This document shows, piece by piece, positions 24,242 to 34,676 of a stretch of DNA of 64,000 nt (the stretch's first letter is position 1; every line of letters starts with the position of its first letter). The translations under genes and the position numbers were made by a program. Origin of the DNA: Phycisphaerae bacterium (GTDB lineage: Bacteria > Planctomycetota > Phycisphaerae > UBA1845 > Fen-1342); NCBI GenBank assembly GCA_050115495.1, contig JASFQK010000017.1:67384-131383 (forward strand). Direction: 5' to 3'. Under the pieces are notes generated by a model that was given only the letters and a program-made list of their open reading frames with translations, made no database searches and was not told the DNA's origin.

Positions 24242-27200
24242 ATGGCCCGAGCCCCGAGAACACTCTCGTTCCCTAGCGGTCGGCTCGCGTGGCTCGCGCT
24301 CGTCAGCTGTCTGGCGACGTGCCCCCATAGCGTCGCCGCCACGTATACGGTCACGAACACGAACGACAGCGGTGGCGGTTCGCTGCGTCAGGCGATCATC
24401 GACGCGAACGCCAACGGGGGGCCAGACGCGATCGCCTTCGATGCTGCCGTCACCGGTACGATCACGCTCGCCTCCGCCCTGCCGGCCATCACCGATGACC
24501 TCACCGTCACCGGCCCGGGAGTCTCCTTCCTCACCGTCAGCGGCGGCGGCGCCTGCCGCATCCTGTCCATTACCGCCGGTACCGTCGCGGTCAGCGACCT
24601 CACGCTCGCGCACGGCCTCCATCAGGGACAAGCCGGATCCCCCCGCGCCGACAACTCCGCTGGCGGCGGAGGGGGCGGCGCCGGCGGTCTGGCCGGAGCC
24701 CTCTACATCACCGGCGGAACCGTGAGCCTCACGAACGTCGCCTTCGACAACAATACCGCCACCGGCGGAACCGGCGGTGCGTCCGGTTATCCGTCGGCTA
24801 ACTTCGGTGACGGCGGCGCCGGCGGCGGACCGGCCGGCGGCGCCGGAGGATCCCATTCCGGCGGTACTGGCCTGCCCGGTGGCGACGGCGGCGATGTCAG
24901 TGGTGGCGGCGGCGGCGGGGCAGATTACGGCGTCGGCGGAGACGGCGGTGCGGGCGGCTACGCCAGCGGCGGCGGCGGTGGCGGTGGACGAACCCTAGGC
25001 GGCACGGGCGGAACCGGCGGCGCCGGAGCGAACTTCGGCGGAAGCGCCGCCGACGGACGATACTCCGGTGGCGGGGGTGGCGGCGGCGGCGCAGGACTCG
25101 GCGGCGCCATCTGCATCCGTGCTGGCACGCTCGATTTGTACAACACCACGCTGACCACAAACACGGCCACCGGCGGCAACGGCGGCAACGGAGCGGGATC
25201 TCTGGATGGCGCGGCAGGCCGGGGCAAAGGCGGCGCCCTCTTCGTCGACGGCGCGGCTACCGCCCGCGCCTGGAACCTGACCCTCGGCTCCGGCGGCACT
25301 GCCAACAGCGCCAGCGACGCCGGCTCTACCAACACGGACAACGACGACTGGTACGGTACCCTCGATTTCTACCCGGGGGTCGTCTCCATCGTTCGCGCTG
25401 ACGCCAATCCCACTGCGGCCACCACACTGCACTTCACCGTTACGTTCTCCGAGGCCGTCACGGGAGTCGATAGCAGTGACTTCGCGGTCCAGACCACGGG
25501 CGACCTGGGCACACCGACGGAAGTCGTCGTCAGCGCCGACTCCGGCACCACTCGAACGGTCACGGTTACCGTCAACAACGGGACCGGCACCGTGCAGCTC
25601 AATCTCGTCGACGACGACAGCATCGTCGACAGCTCGAGCCTGCCCCTGGCGACGGTCGGCACAGGTAACGGTAACTCGACGGGCGAGACCTACATGGTGG
25701 ACAGTGTTGGTCCGACGGTGACCCTCGCCAGCACCGCCCCAGCGCAGGTGAACAACGCCTTCGCCGTCACGATCACGCTGGATGAACAGAGCAGCGACTT
25801 CACGGTCGACGATCTTACGTTGACCAACGCCACCGCACAGAATTTCGCCGGCGGCGGAAGCAGTTACACGGTCACCATCGTCCCCACGGCCGCCGGTCAG
25901 GTCGTGGTCGAGGTCCCCGCCGACGTGCTTCACGATGCGTTCAGCAACCCGAATTCCGCCGCCACACCGCTCACCCGCGCGTTCGTGGAGGATTACACCG
26001 GGCCAACCGTCACGCTTGCCAGTGCCGCCGCAGCGCGAGTGAACAACGCTTTCACCGTCACCATCACCCTCGACGAGTCTAGCAGCGACTTCACCGTCGA
26101 TGACCTTACGTTGACCAACGCCACCGCACAGAACTTCACCGGCAGCGGAGCCAATTACTCGGTCACGATCGTCCCCGCCGCCGCTGGCCAGGTCGTGATC
26201 GAGGTCCCTGCCAGCGTGATGCAAGACACGTTCGGTAACCTCAATCCCGCCGCCACGCCGCTCACCCGTGAGTTCGTGGAGGACTACACTGGGCCAACCG
26301 TCACACTCGTCAGTGCCGCGCCCGCGCAGGTAAACGACGCCTTCGCTGTCACCATCACGCTGAACGAGCAGAGCAGCGACTTCACGGTCGGTGATCTCAC
26401 CCTCGCCAATGCCACGGCTCAGAGCTTCACCGGTAGCGGGACCAGCTACTCCGTCACGATCGCGCCAACCTCCGCCGGACAGGTCGTGGTCGAAGTCGTT
26501 GCCGGCGCGCTCCACGATGCGTTTGGCAACCCGAACTCCGCCGCCACACCGCTCACGCGCGAGTTTGTCGAGGACCACACTGGGCCCACCGTCACGCTCG
26601 CCAGTGCCGCCGCGGTGCAGGTGAACAGCGCTTTCACCGTCACCATCACGTTGGACGAACAGAGCAGCGACTTCACCGTCGATGACCTTACGTTGACCAA
26701 CGCCACGGCCCAGGACTTCGCCGGCGGCGGAAGCAGCTATTCGGTCATCATCGTCCCCGCCGCCGTCGGCCAGGTCGTCATCGCAGTCGGCGCCGGCGTG
26801 ATGCATGACGCGTTCGGCAACCCCAACCCGGCCGCCGTGCCCCTCAAACGCGACTACACAATCCACACGCCCACCGAGAGCCTCACTATCACGATCGAGC
26901 CCGAAACCACCGATGTCGCCGTGGGCGACGAGCTGCGCTACGCGCTGACGGTACAGAACGTCGGCGACGGCGACGCGGACGACGTGACTGTGCTGTTCGC
27001 CCTCCCCGCGGACGTCGAGTTCGTGTCCGCAGCGCATCTGAGTGAGATCTCGGCACCGACCGCCCCCATCGTCGCGTACACGTCGGAAGAGGGCACGTTG
27101 ACGATTCCGGTCGGTGAGATCGCCGCCGGCACAACGGTGCGTATGCGTCTGACCCTGCGGCCACTGGTCGCCGGCGAGATCACATTCACCGCAGACGCCT

Positions 27201-27382
27201 ACGTGGGTGACGAACCGGCGGTCACGGCACAGCCGAACAGGGGCGCCACGGCGACCGACGTGTATGACGTCCGCTTGACCACGATGGTCGTGACACCGTG
27301 TTTCGTGCCGGTGCTGGCCGTGCTGTTACCGTTGTGGTGGCTGGCCTGGCGGGGCGTGCGCCGCTCCGACCGCCGCCGATAG
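24242..27382 (+). CDS. Large Gly-rich / Ig-like repeat / DUF11-like surface protein with C-terminal Cys-TM-Arg tail (copy 1)
   Basis: GGAG RBS; signal peptide; TYTVTNTNDSGGGSLRQAI; Gly-rich block; FTVTFSEAVTG Ig domain; 4 Ig repeats; VGDELRYALTVQNVG; ends PCFVPVLAVLLPLWWLAWRGVRRSDRRR. Confidence 0.88.
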   Translation: MARAPRTLSFPSGRLAWLALVSCLATCPHSVAATYTVTNTNDSGGGSLRQAIIDANANGGPDAIAFDAAVTGTITLASALPAITDDLTVTGPGVSFLTVSGGGACRILSITAGTVAVSDLTLAHGLHQGQAGSPRADNSAGGGGGGAGGLAGALYITGGTVSLTNVAFDNNTATGGTGGASGYPSANFGDGGAGGGPAGGAGGSHSGGTGLPGGDGGDVSGGGGGGADYGVGGDGGAGGYASGGGGGGGRTLGGTGGTGGAGANFGGSAADGRYSGGGGGGGGAGLGGAICIRAGTLDLYNTTLTTNTATGGNGGNGAGSLDGAAGRGKGGALFVDGAATARAWNLTLGSGGTANSASDAGSTNTDNDDWYGTLDFYPGVVSIVRADANPTAATTLHFTVTFSEAVTGVDSSDFAVQTTGDLGTPTEVVVSADSGTTRTVTVTVNNGTGTVQLNLVDDDSIVDSSSLPLATVGTGNGNSTGETYMVDSVGPTVTLASTAPAQVNNAFAVTITLDEQSSDFTVDDLTLTNATAQNFAGGGSSYTVTIVPTAAGQVVVEVPADVLHDAFSNPNSAATPLTRAFVEDYTGPTVTLASAAAARVNNAFTVTITLDESSSDFTVDDLTLTNATAQNFTGSGANYSVTIVPAAAGQVVIEVPASVMQDTFGNLNPAATPLTREFVEDYTGPTVTLVSAAPAQVNDAFAVTITLNEQSSDFTVGDLTLANATAQSFTGSGTSYSVTIAPTSAGQVVVEVVAGALHDAFGNPNSAATPLTREFVEDHTGPTVTLASAAAVQVNSAFTVTITLDEQSSDFTVDDLTLTNATAQDFAGGGSSYSVIIVPAAVGQVVIAVGAGVMHDAFGNPNPAAVPLKRDYTIHTPTESLTITIEPETTDVAVGDELRYALTVQNVGDGDADDVTVLFALPADVEFVSAAHLSEISAPTAPIVAYTSEEGTLTIPVGEIAAGTTVRMRLTLRPLVAGEITFTADAYVGDEPAVTAQPNRGATATDVYDVRLTTMVVTPCFVPVLAVLLPLWWLAWRGVRRSDRRR
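25709..26872 (+). repeat. Four tandem 291-bp (97-aa) Ig-like domain repeats
   Basis: GPTVTL units start at 25709, 26000, 26291, 26582. Confidence 0.9.
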
Positions 27383-27415
27383 GTGCAACAGAAAAGCGCA
27401 CCCGGGAGGTACGCC

Positions 27416-27616
27416 ATGCGACGACGCCCGTTACTCATAACGTTCATGATCGCTTCGCTGCCCCTGCCGTTCCTGGGCGGGTGCTTCACTGATCCCGCTG
27501 CCTGGATTGGCATCGGTGCCAGTGTCTTCCTCGGACGTCTGACTGCCCCGACGGTCACAGTCCAGGAGTGCTACCGCAACGGCGAGTTGATCGACTGCAC
27601 CGAACTGCCCGAGTAG
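27416..27616 (+). CDS. Small 66-aa lipoprotein (copy 1)
   Basis: GGGAGG RBS; MRRR, hydrophobic stretch, LGGC lipobox; second hydrophobic segment; CYRNGELIDC; near-identical paralog at 30164. Confidence 0.85.
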   Translation: MRRRPLLITFMIASLPLPFLGGCFTDPAAWIGIGASVFLGRLTAPTVTVQECYRNGELIDCTELPE

Positions 27617-27729
27617 CTACATGCGGAATAGTGGGACCGAACGATAGCAGTCTCCGCTAAACCGTTTCAAAATCAGCACTTAACCGGATTGCGCCCGGTG
27701 TCGCCGAGACGCATTGGCGAGCCGGCCGC

Positions 27730-27758
27730 TCAAGCCGCGCGCCGTTTCTGTCCGATAT
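27730..27758 (+). promoter_or_regulatory. Conserved promoter-like motif upstream of surface protein 2
   Basis: TCAAG-N16-TCCGATAT, followed by a GCCGATAA at 27766-27773. Confidence 0.45.
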
Positions 27759-27863
27759 TACCGCCGCCGATAATCCGGCCACGCATCGCGAGCCGGGAGC
27801 GGTCACGGACACTTCGCGGCCTTCGCCACAAACGGTAGTGCCACAAGTGGAGATAGAGGGACC

Positions 27864-30128
27864 ATGATGTCAGCCACATGCGCTCGTCCGCATCGCAGCA
27901 GCCGCACTCTCTGGGCTGCAATCTTAAACCTCGTCTGGGTCTGTGCTTACAGCACAGCCGCCACGTACACTGTGACGAACACGAATGACGCCGGCGCGGG
28001 CTCCCTCCGCCAGGCGATCACTGACGCCAATGCCAATAGCGGCGCCGACACGATCGGCTTCAACCTCGGCGCCGGAACCCACACGATCACCCTCGCCTCC
28101 AGCCTGCCGGCGATCACCGGCGACCTAACCATCGTTGGCCCGGGAGCCTCCTCTCTCACCGTCAGCGGCGATGGTACGTTTCGGATCCTCTCCATCACCG
28201 CCGGCACCGTCGACATCAACGCCGTGACCTTCGCCCACGGCCTCCACGCCGGCGGCGCCGGCAATCCGCGGGCGAACAACGCCGCGGGAGGCGGTGGCGG
28301 CGGGGCCGTTGGCCTCGGCGGCGCCCTGTACATCAGCGGCGGTGACGTGACCATCACCGACGCCGTCTTTGACGACAACAACGTCACCGGCGGTGCCGGC
28401 GGCGACACCGGATACCCCTCCAGCTTCACCGGCGACGGCGGCGCGGGCGGCGGACCGGCCGGCGGCGCAGGCGGCTCATTCTCCGGTGCCAACGGCACGG
28501 CCGGTGGCAACGGCGGGGACATCAGCGGCGGCGGCGGCGGCGGAGCCGCGAACAACTCCGGTGGTGCTGGCGGCGACGCCGGCTATGGCAGCGGCGGCGG
28601 CGGCGGCGGCGGACGAACCTCCGGCGGCGCCGGCGGAAACGGCGGAGCCGGAGACACCTTCGGTGGCAGCGGCGCCAACGCCATCTCTTCCGGCGGCGGG
28701 GGCGGTGGCGGCGGAGCCGCGCTCGGCGGTGCCATCTGCGTCCGCGGCGGTACACTCGACATCCACAACGTCACGTTCACCACCAACACCGCCACCGGCG
28801 GCACGGGCGGTATCGGCGCTGCCAACGGCACTGCCGGCCAGGGTAAGGGCGGCGTGCTCTTCATCGACGGCGCGGCCACCGCCCGGGCCTTCAACCTGAC
28901 ACTCGGTTCCGGCGCCGACGCCAACGCCGCCGGCGACGCCGACACCACCACCACGGACAACGACGACTGGTACGGCATACTCGACTTCTACCCCAGCGTC
29001 GTTTCCATCGTTCGCGCCGACACCAGTTCGACGTCCGCCACCACACTCACCTTTACCGTGACGTTCAGCGAGGCCGTCACCGGCGTCGACGCCACCGACT
29101 TCATCGTCGAGACCACTGGCGACGTGCCCGGCACCGCTCAGGTCTCCGTCAGTGCCGACAGCGGCACGACACGCACCGTCACGGTCACCATTAGCGCAGG
29201 CACCGGCACTGTGGGGCTCGATCTCACCGACGACGACAGCATCGTCGACGCCTCCAACCTGCCGCTGGCGACAGTCGGCACAGGCAATGGCGATACCACA
29301 GGCGAGATCTACACCGTCGACAGCGTCGGGCCGACCGTCACGCTGACCAGCGACGCGGCGCAGGAGGTCGACGGCCCGTTCGACGTCACGATCACGCTCA
29401 GCGAGACCGCCACCGATTTCGTCGCCGCCGACCTCACGCTGACCAACGCCACCGCGCAGAGCTTCACCGGCAACGGCACCACCTACACCGTCACGATCGT
29501 TCCCACGACAGCCGGCGAGGTCACCGTCGCGGTGGCGGCCGGCGCGCTTCACGACGCCTTCGACAATCCCAACACGGCCGCCACGCCGCTCACTCGCCAG
29601 TACGCGCCCGCCGCGGCCGCTGACGATGTCAGCATCACGATCGCACCCGAAACAACCGACGTCTCCGTCGGCGAGGAGCTACCCTATCTGCTGACGGTGC
29701 AGAACGCGGGTGACGGCGGTGCGGCTGACGTGGCCGTGGTCCTCGTGCTGCCCGACAACGTCGAATTCGTGTCCGTGACCCGCGTCACCGACGATACGGC
29801 GCAGGCTGCCCCCGTCGAATACACCCTGGAGGACGCCACGCTGACCGTCACCGTCGGCGACGTCGCCGCGGGCGATACGGTGCGGCTACGTTTGGTCCTG
29901 CGGCCGCTGGTCGCCGGCGAGATCGACCTGACCGCGCAGGCTTACGTCGGCGACGAATCCGCCGGGGCGGCCCAGACGGACACCGCGGCGACGGCGGAGG
30001 ATGCATACGACCGCCGCGTAATCACGGTGTCGCCGGTGCCGTGCTTCATGCCGGTGCTGGCCGTCCTGTTGCCGCTGTGGTGGCTGGCCTGGCGGGGCGT
30101 GCGCCGCTCCGATCGCGGCGGCGTTTGA
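27864..30128 (+). CDS. Gly-rich / Ig-like / DUF11-like surface protein with C-terminal Cys-TM-Arg tail (copy 2)
   Basis: Collinear paralog of 24242-27382 with one GPTVTL repeat; ends PCFMPVLAVLLPLWWLAWRGVRRSDRGGV. Confidence 0.88.
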   Translation: MMSATCARPHRSSRTLWAAILNLVWVCAYSTAATYTVTNTNDAGAGSLRQAITDANANSGADTIGFNLGAGTHTITLASSLPAITGDLTIVGPGASSLTVSGDGTFRILSITAGTVDINAVTFAHGLHAGGAGNPRANNAAGGGGGGAVGLGGALYISGGDVTITDAVFDDNNVTGGAGGDTGYPSSFTGDGGAGGGPAGGAGGSFSGANGTAGGNGGDISGGGGGGAANNSGGAGGDAGYGSGGGGGGGRTSGGAGGNGGAGDTFGGSGANAISSGGGGGGGGAALGGAICVRGGTLDIHNVTFTTNTATGGTGGIGAANGTAGQGKGGVLFIDGAATARAFNLTLGSGADANAAGDADTTTTDNDDWYGILDFYPSVVSIVRADTSSTSATTLTFTVTFSEAVTGVDATDFIVETTGDVPGTAQVSVSADSGTTRTVTVTISAGTGTVGLDLTDDDSIVDASNLPLATVGTGNGDTTGEIYTVDSVGPTVTLTSDAAQEVDGPFDVTITLSETATDFVAADLTLTNATAQSFTGNGTTYTVTIVPTTAGEVTVAVAAGALHDAFDNPNTAATPLTRQYAPAAAADDVSITIAPETTDVSVGEELPYLLTVQNAGDGGAADVAVVLVLPDNVEFVSVTRVTDDTAQAAPVEYTLEDATLTVTVGDVAAGDTVRLRLVLRPLVAGEIDLTAQAYVGDESAGAAQTDTAATAEDAYDRRVITVSPVPCFMPVLAVLLPLWWLAWRGVRRSDRGGV

Positions 30129-30163
30129 GTACAACCTTGAAGATGCGAATCCGGAGAACATCC

Positions 30164-30364
30164 ATGCGACGACGTTCGTTGCTCACCGTGTTGATGCTGA
30201 CCGCCCTGCCCCTGCCGTTCCTGGGCGGGTGCTTCACCGATCCCGCTGCCTGGATTGGCGTCGGTGCCAGTGTCTTCCTCGGACGTCTGACTGCCCCGAC
30301 GGTCACGGTCCAGGAGTGCTACCGCAACGGCGTGCTGATCGACTGCTCCGAACTGCCTGAGTAG
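30164..30364 (+). CDS. Small 66-aa lipoprotein (copy 2)
   Basis: GGAG RBS; LGGC lipobox; CYRNGVLIDC. Confidence 0.85.
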   Translation: MRRRSLLTVLMLTALPLPFLGGCFTDPAAWIGVGASVFLGRLTAPTVTVQECYRNGVLIDCSELPE

Positions 30365-30406
30365 CAGCCTCGCCTGCGGACGAGCCGCGCCCCCAGCCTG
30401 CGACTC

Positions 30407-31192
30407 CTACTCCACCGCCAGCAGCCGTTGGGCGTGGCCGGCGTAGATCTCGCCGAACACGTCGGTGCCCAGGCTCCGCCGGAGCTGAGCCAGGTCGATG
30501 CGTGAGCGCTGGGCGGCGGCGCCGTCGAAGAGCGTGGCCCCCGTCCCGTGTATCAGCCGGCTGGCCCCATACGTCCGTGCGGCATTCACAACGTCTTCCG
30601 GACGTGTGAACGACGTATCAATGAAGATCTGCGCGTCACTTCGGCGGGCGGCGCGCGTTAGCTCATCGAGTGCCGCCACCCAGACCCGCTGCCGGCCGCC
30701 GTGGCAGAGTCCGCACAGCACGATTGGCGCCCCATCGTAACGCCGGGCCAGGCTCAGCACGCCGTCGAGGGCACCCGGTCCCTCGTCCCCCAGGATAAAC
30801 ACCGCCGGCCGGCGCAATCGGGACAGGACGGCCAAGTGCCCCTCCAGGGCTGCACAGGCCGCCTGGGGATCACCGCCGGGCGTGAACGGGGCGAAGACCG
30901 CCCCGGCGAACGGCTCGGTTTGCAGAGCGCCGGCGAAAGCCTGGACATGGCTGTCCGGCCGCCCGGGGCAGGCCCAATAAAGCGGCACGAGGCGTTCGTG
31001 CCCGCTACAGACTGCCAGGCAGGCGGCGTTGGCCGCCGTCTCGTCGGGCTCCCCGTTGCCGACCGCTGCCGCCGCCGGGTTCGCCACCAGGAACACGTCC
31101 ACGCCAGTTATCTGGCAGTAGTTCTCCACGTCGCTGGCGGGGATCGGCGAAGCGGGTTGTGGCGGCAGGAAACAGTGGACGTCGATGACCAT
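30407..31192 (-). CDS. Amidohydrolase-family-like protein with degenerate metal ligands
   Basis: MVIDVHC start; IFIDTS; GASRLIHGTG; IYAGHAQRLL end, typical of Amidohydro_2 architecture. Confidence 0.65.
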   Translation of the reverse strand: MVIDVHCFLPPQPASPIPASDVENYCQITGVDVFLVANPAAAAVGNGEPDETAANAACLAVCSGHERLVPLYWACPGRPDSHVQAFAGALQTEPFAGAVFAPFTPGGDPQAACAALEGHLAVLSRLRRPAVFILGDEGPGALDGVLSLARRYDGAPIVLCGLCHGGRQRVWVAALDELTRAARRSDAQIFIDTSFTRPEDVVNAARTYGASRLIHGTGATLFDGAAAQRSRIDLAQLRRSLGTDVFGEIYAGHAQRLLAVE

Positions 31193-31362
31193 GAGCGGCC
31201 TCCGGGAACGCCCCGTGGCAATGCCCCGAAACCGGGGTCCGGCACGCCTGGACGCCACCCCGGGGAACTCGGCCGGCGGGGACGAATGCATGCTACGGGG
31301 ACCGCCGCGGGCTGGCAACGCCGTTGGGAGCACGGCCGGCGGGGAATCGAGCGTTCGCGCAG

Positions 31363-31390
31363 TTGACACGTTGCGCGGCTGCGGTAGTCT
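31363..31390 (+). promoter_or_regulatory. sigma70-type promoter for aminotransferase-pckA
   Basis: TTGACA-N16-TAGTCT. Confidence 0.45.
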
Positions 31391-31453
31391 GCGTGGTTTC
31401 TCTCTGAGGTCTCCACGAGCGCTGGAGGCCGCGGCGAGTGCGAGGTAGTTGCC

Positions 31454-32671
31454 ATGAGTATCAGTCTGATCGGCAAGAGTATTGGGGAATCAGTCACTCT
31501 CAAACTGAATGAAACGGCCGCCATCCTGCGAGCCAAGGGCGACCCGGTCATCCACCTCGGCGGTGGCGAGCCGAAGAGCAAAGCCCCCCTGGATGCATTG
31601 GTCGCCACGGCGGGCCTGCTCAACTCGGGCGAGATCCGCTACACGCCGGCGGACGGCATCCCCGCCCTCAAACAGGCCATCATCCGCTACACCGAAGAAT
31701 ACTACGACCGCGTGGTCGAGCCGGAAAATGTCATGGCCTCCGGCGGAGCGAAGCAGGCCATCATGGTGGCGCTCCAGGCCATCCTGAACCCCCAGGAAGA
31801 AGTGATCTTCCCGGCCCCGTACTGGGTCAGCTATCCGGAAATGCCGAAGCTCTGCGGGGCGGTTCCGGTGCCCGTCTATCCGGAAGACGGCTCGTTCCAT
31901 CCGCGGTTGCAGGACATCGAGCGGGTGGTCGGCTCGTACACCAAGGCCGTCATCATCAACAGCCCGAACAACCCCTCCGGGGCCGTGTACTCCGAGGAGT
32001 TCATCGCCCAGATCGTCGAGTTCTGCGAGAAGCGGGACCTATACCTGATCATGGATGACATCTACCACCGGTTGATCTTCGACGGCCGCAGGCCGATCAA
32101 CTGCTGGAACTACGTCAAGAACAAGAGCGAGACCTCGAAGCTCATCATCATCAACGGCGTCTCGAAGCAATACGCCATGACGGGCTTCCGCATCGGTTGG
32201 GCGGTGGCCAACAAGCGGCTGATCGAGGTGATGACGAACATCCAGAGCCACCAGACGTCGGGCCCGTCGGCGCTGCTCCAGCACGCCGCGGCGGCGGCGA
32301 TCAACGGCATTCAGTCGAGCGTGGATAGCCTGCGCACGACGCTGGAGAACAACCGGAACATCCTGGTCTCGCGGCTGAAAGCGTTCGACGGCGTGCGCGT
32401 CACCAAGCCCGACGGCACGTTCTACCTGTTCGCCGACTTCAGCCAATACGGCAAGGACTCCACCAAGCTGGCGAAGTTCCTGCTCGACAAGGTGCAGGTA
32501 GTGACCGTCCCCGGCGTGGAATTCGGCATGGAAGGGTACCTGCGCATCAGCTACTGCGGCTCGGTGAAGGACATCACCGAGGGCATCGAGCGGATGAAGT
32601 GGGCCCTCGACCCGAACTCGCCCAACGAGCTGTTCATCGGCGACCGCAAACTGGTGCGCGACTGGACATAG
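31454..32671 (+). CDS. PLP-dependent class I/II aminotransferase (aspartate aminotransferase-like)
   Basis: NSPNNPSG, DDIY, SKQYAMTGFRIG (PLP lysine), YLRISY. Confidence 0.95.
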   Translation: MSISLIGKSIGESVTLKLNETAAILRAKGDPVIHLGGGEPKSKAPLDALVATAGLLNSGEIRYTPADGIPALKQAIIRYTEEYYDRVVEPENVMASGGAKQAIMVALQAILNPQEEVIFPAPYWVSYPEMPKLCGAVPVPVYPEDGSFHPRLQDIERVVGSYTKAVIINSPNNPSGAVYSEEFIAQIVEFCEKRDLYLIMDDIYHRLIFDGRRPINCWNYVKNKSETSKLIIINGVSKQYAMTGFRIGWAVANKRLIEVMTNIQSHQTSGPSALLQHAAAAAINGIQSSVDSLRTTLENNRNILVSRLKAFDGVRVTKPDGTFYLFADFSQYGKDSTKLAKFLLDKVQVVTVPGVEFGMEGYLRISYCGSVKDITEGIERMKWALDPNSPNELFIGDRKLVRDWT

Positions 32672-32748
32672 GTGATTCTGGCGGTGATCGACGGCCGGCG
32701 AGCGTCCTGACGGTGCCCGCGGCCTCCCCCCATTTGGAGCGGTGAGTC

Positions 32749-34404
<1,656 letters not shown>

Positions 34405-34430
34405 CGCCCGTCCTCCGCACCGGCCGTCTC

Positions 34431-34546
34431 CCGTAGCGGCCGGTCTCCGTGCCGGCCGTCGATGCCCGGCGAACGCAACACACTGCTGGACAAGCCACCA
34501 GTGGCACCCGGCCGCACCGTAGCGTCGGCCCCCCGTGGCCGACGTC
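34431..34546. repeat. REP-like cluster (A2, B, A1)
   Basis: A2 34431-34460; B cactgctggacaagccaccagtggcacccg 34481-34510; A1 34519-34546. Confidence 0.8.
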
Positions 34547-34676
34547 GGTCGCCGAACGATGCACGAACGACCGCCACGAGGGTGGCGGTCGTTTGTGCAT
34601 TTGTGCCACAACGCTTCCTATCGGGCGTCCGGCCAGCTACTATGGCCGTCGTGACCATGCCAACGGAGTCGCCGTC

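Noticed and set aside
24640..25240. PE-PGRS protein
   Set aside because: Only compositional similarity; no PE domain; a standard signal peptide and Ig domains are present.
25709..26872. CRISPR array or DGR template/variable repeats
   Set aside because: The repeats are in-frame protein domains without spacers; no cas or reverse transcriptase gene; differences are not adenine-specific.
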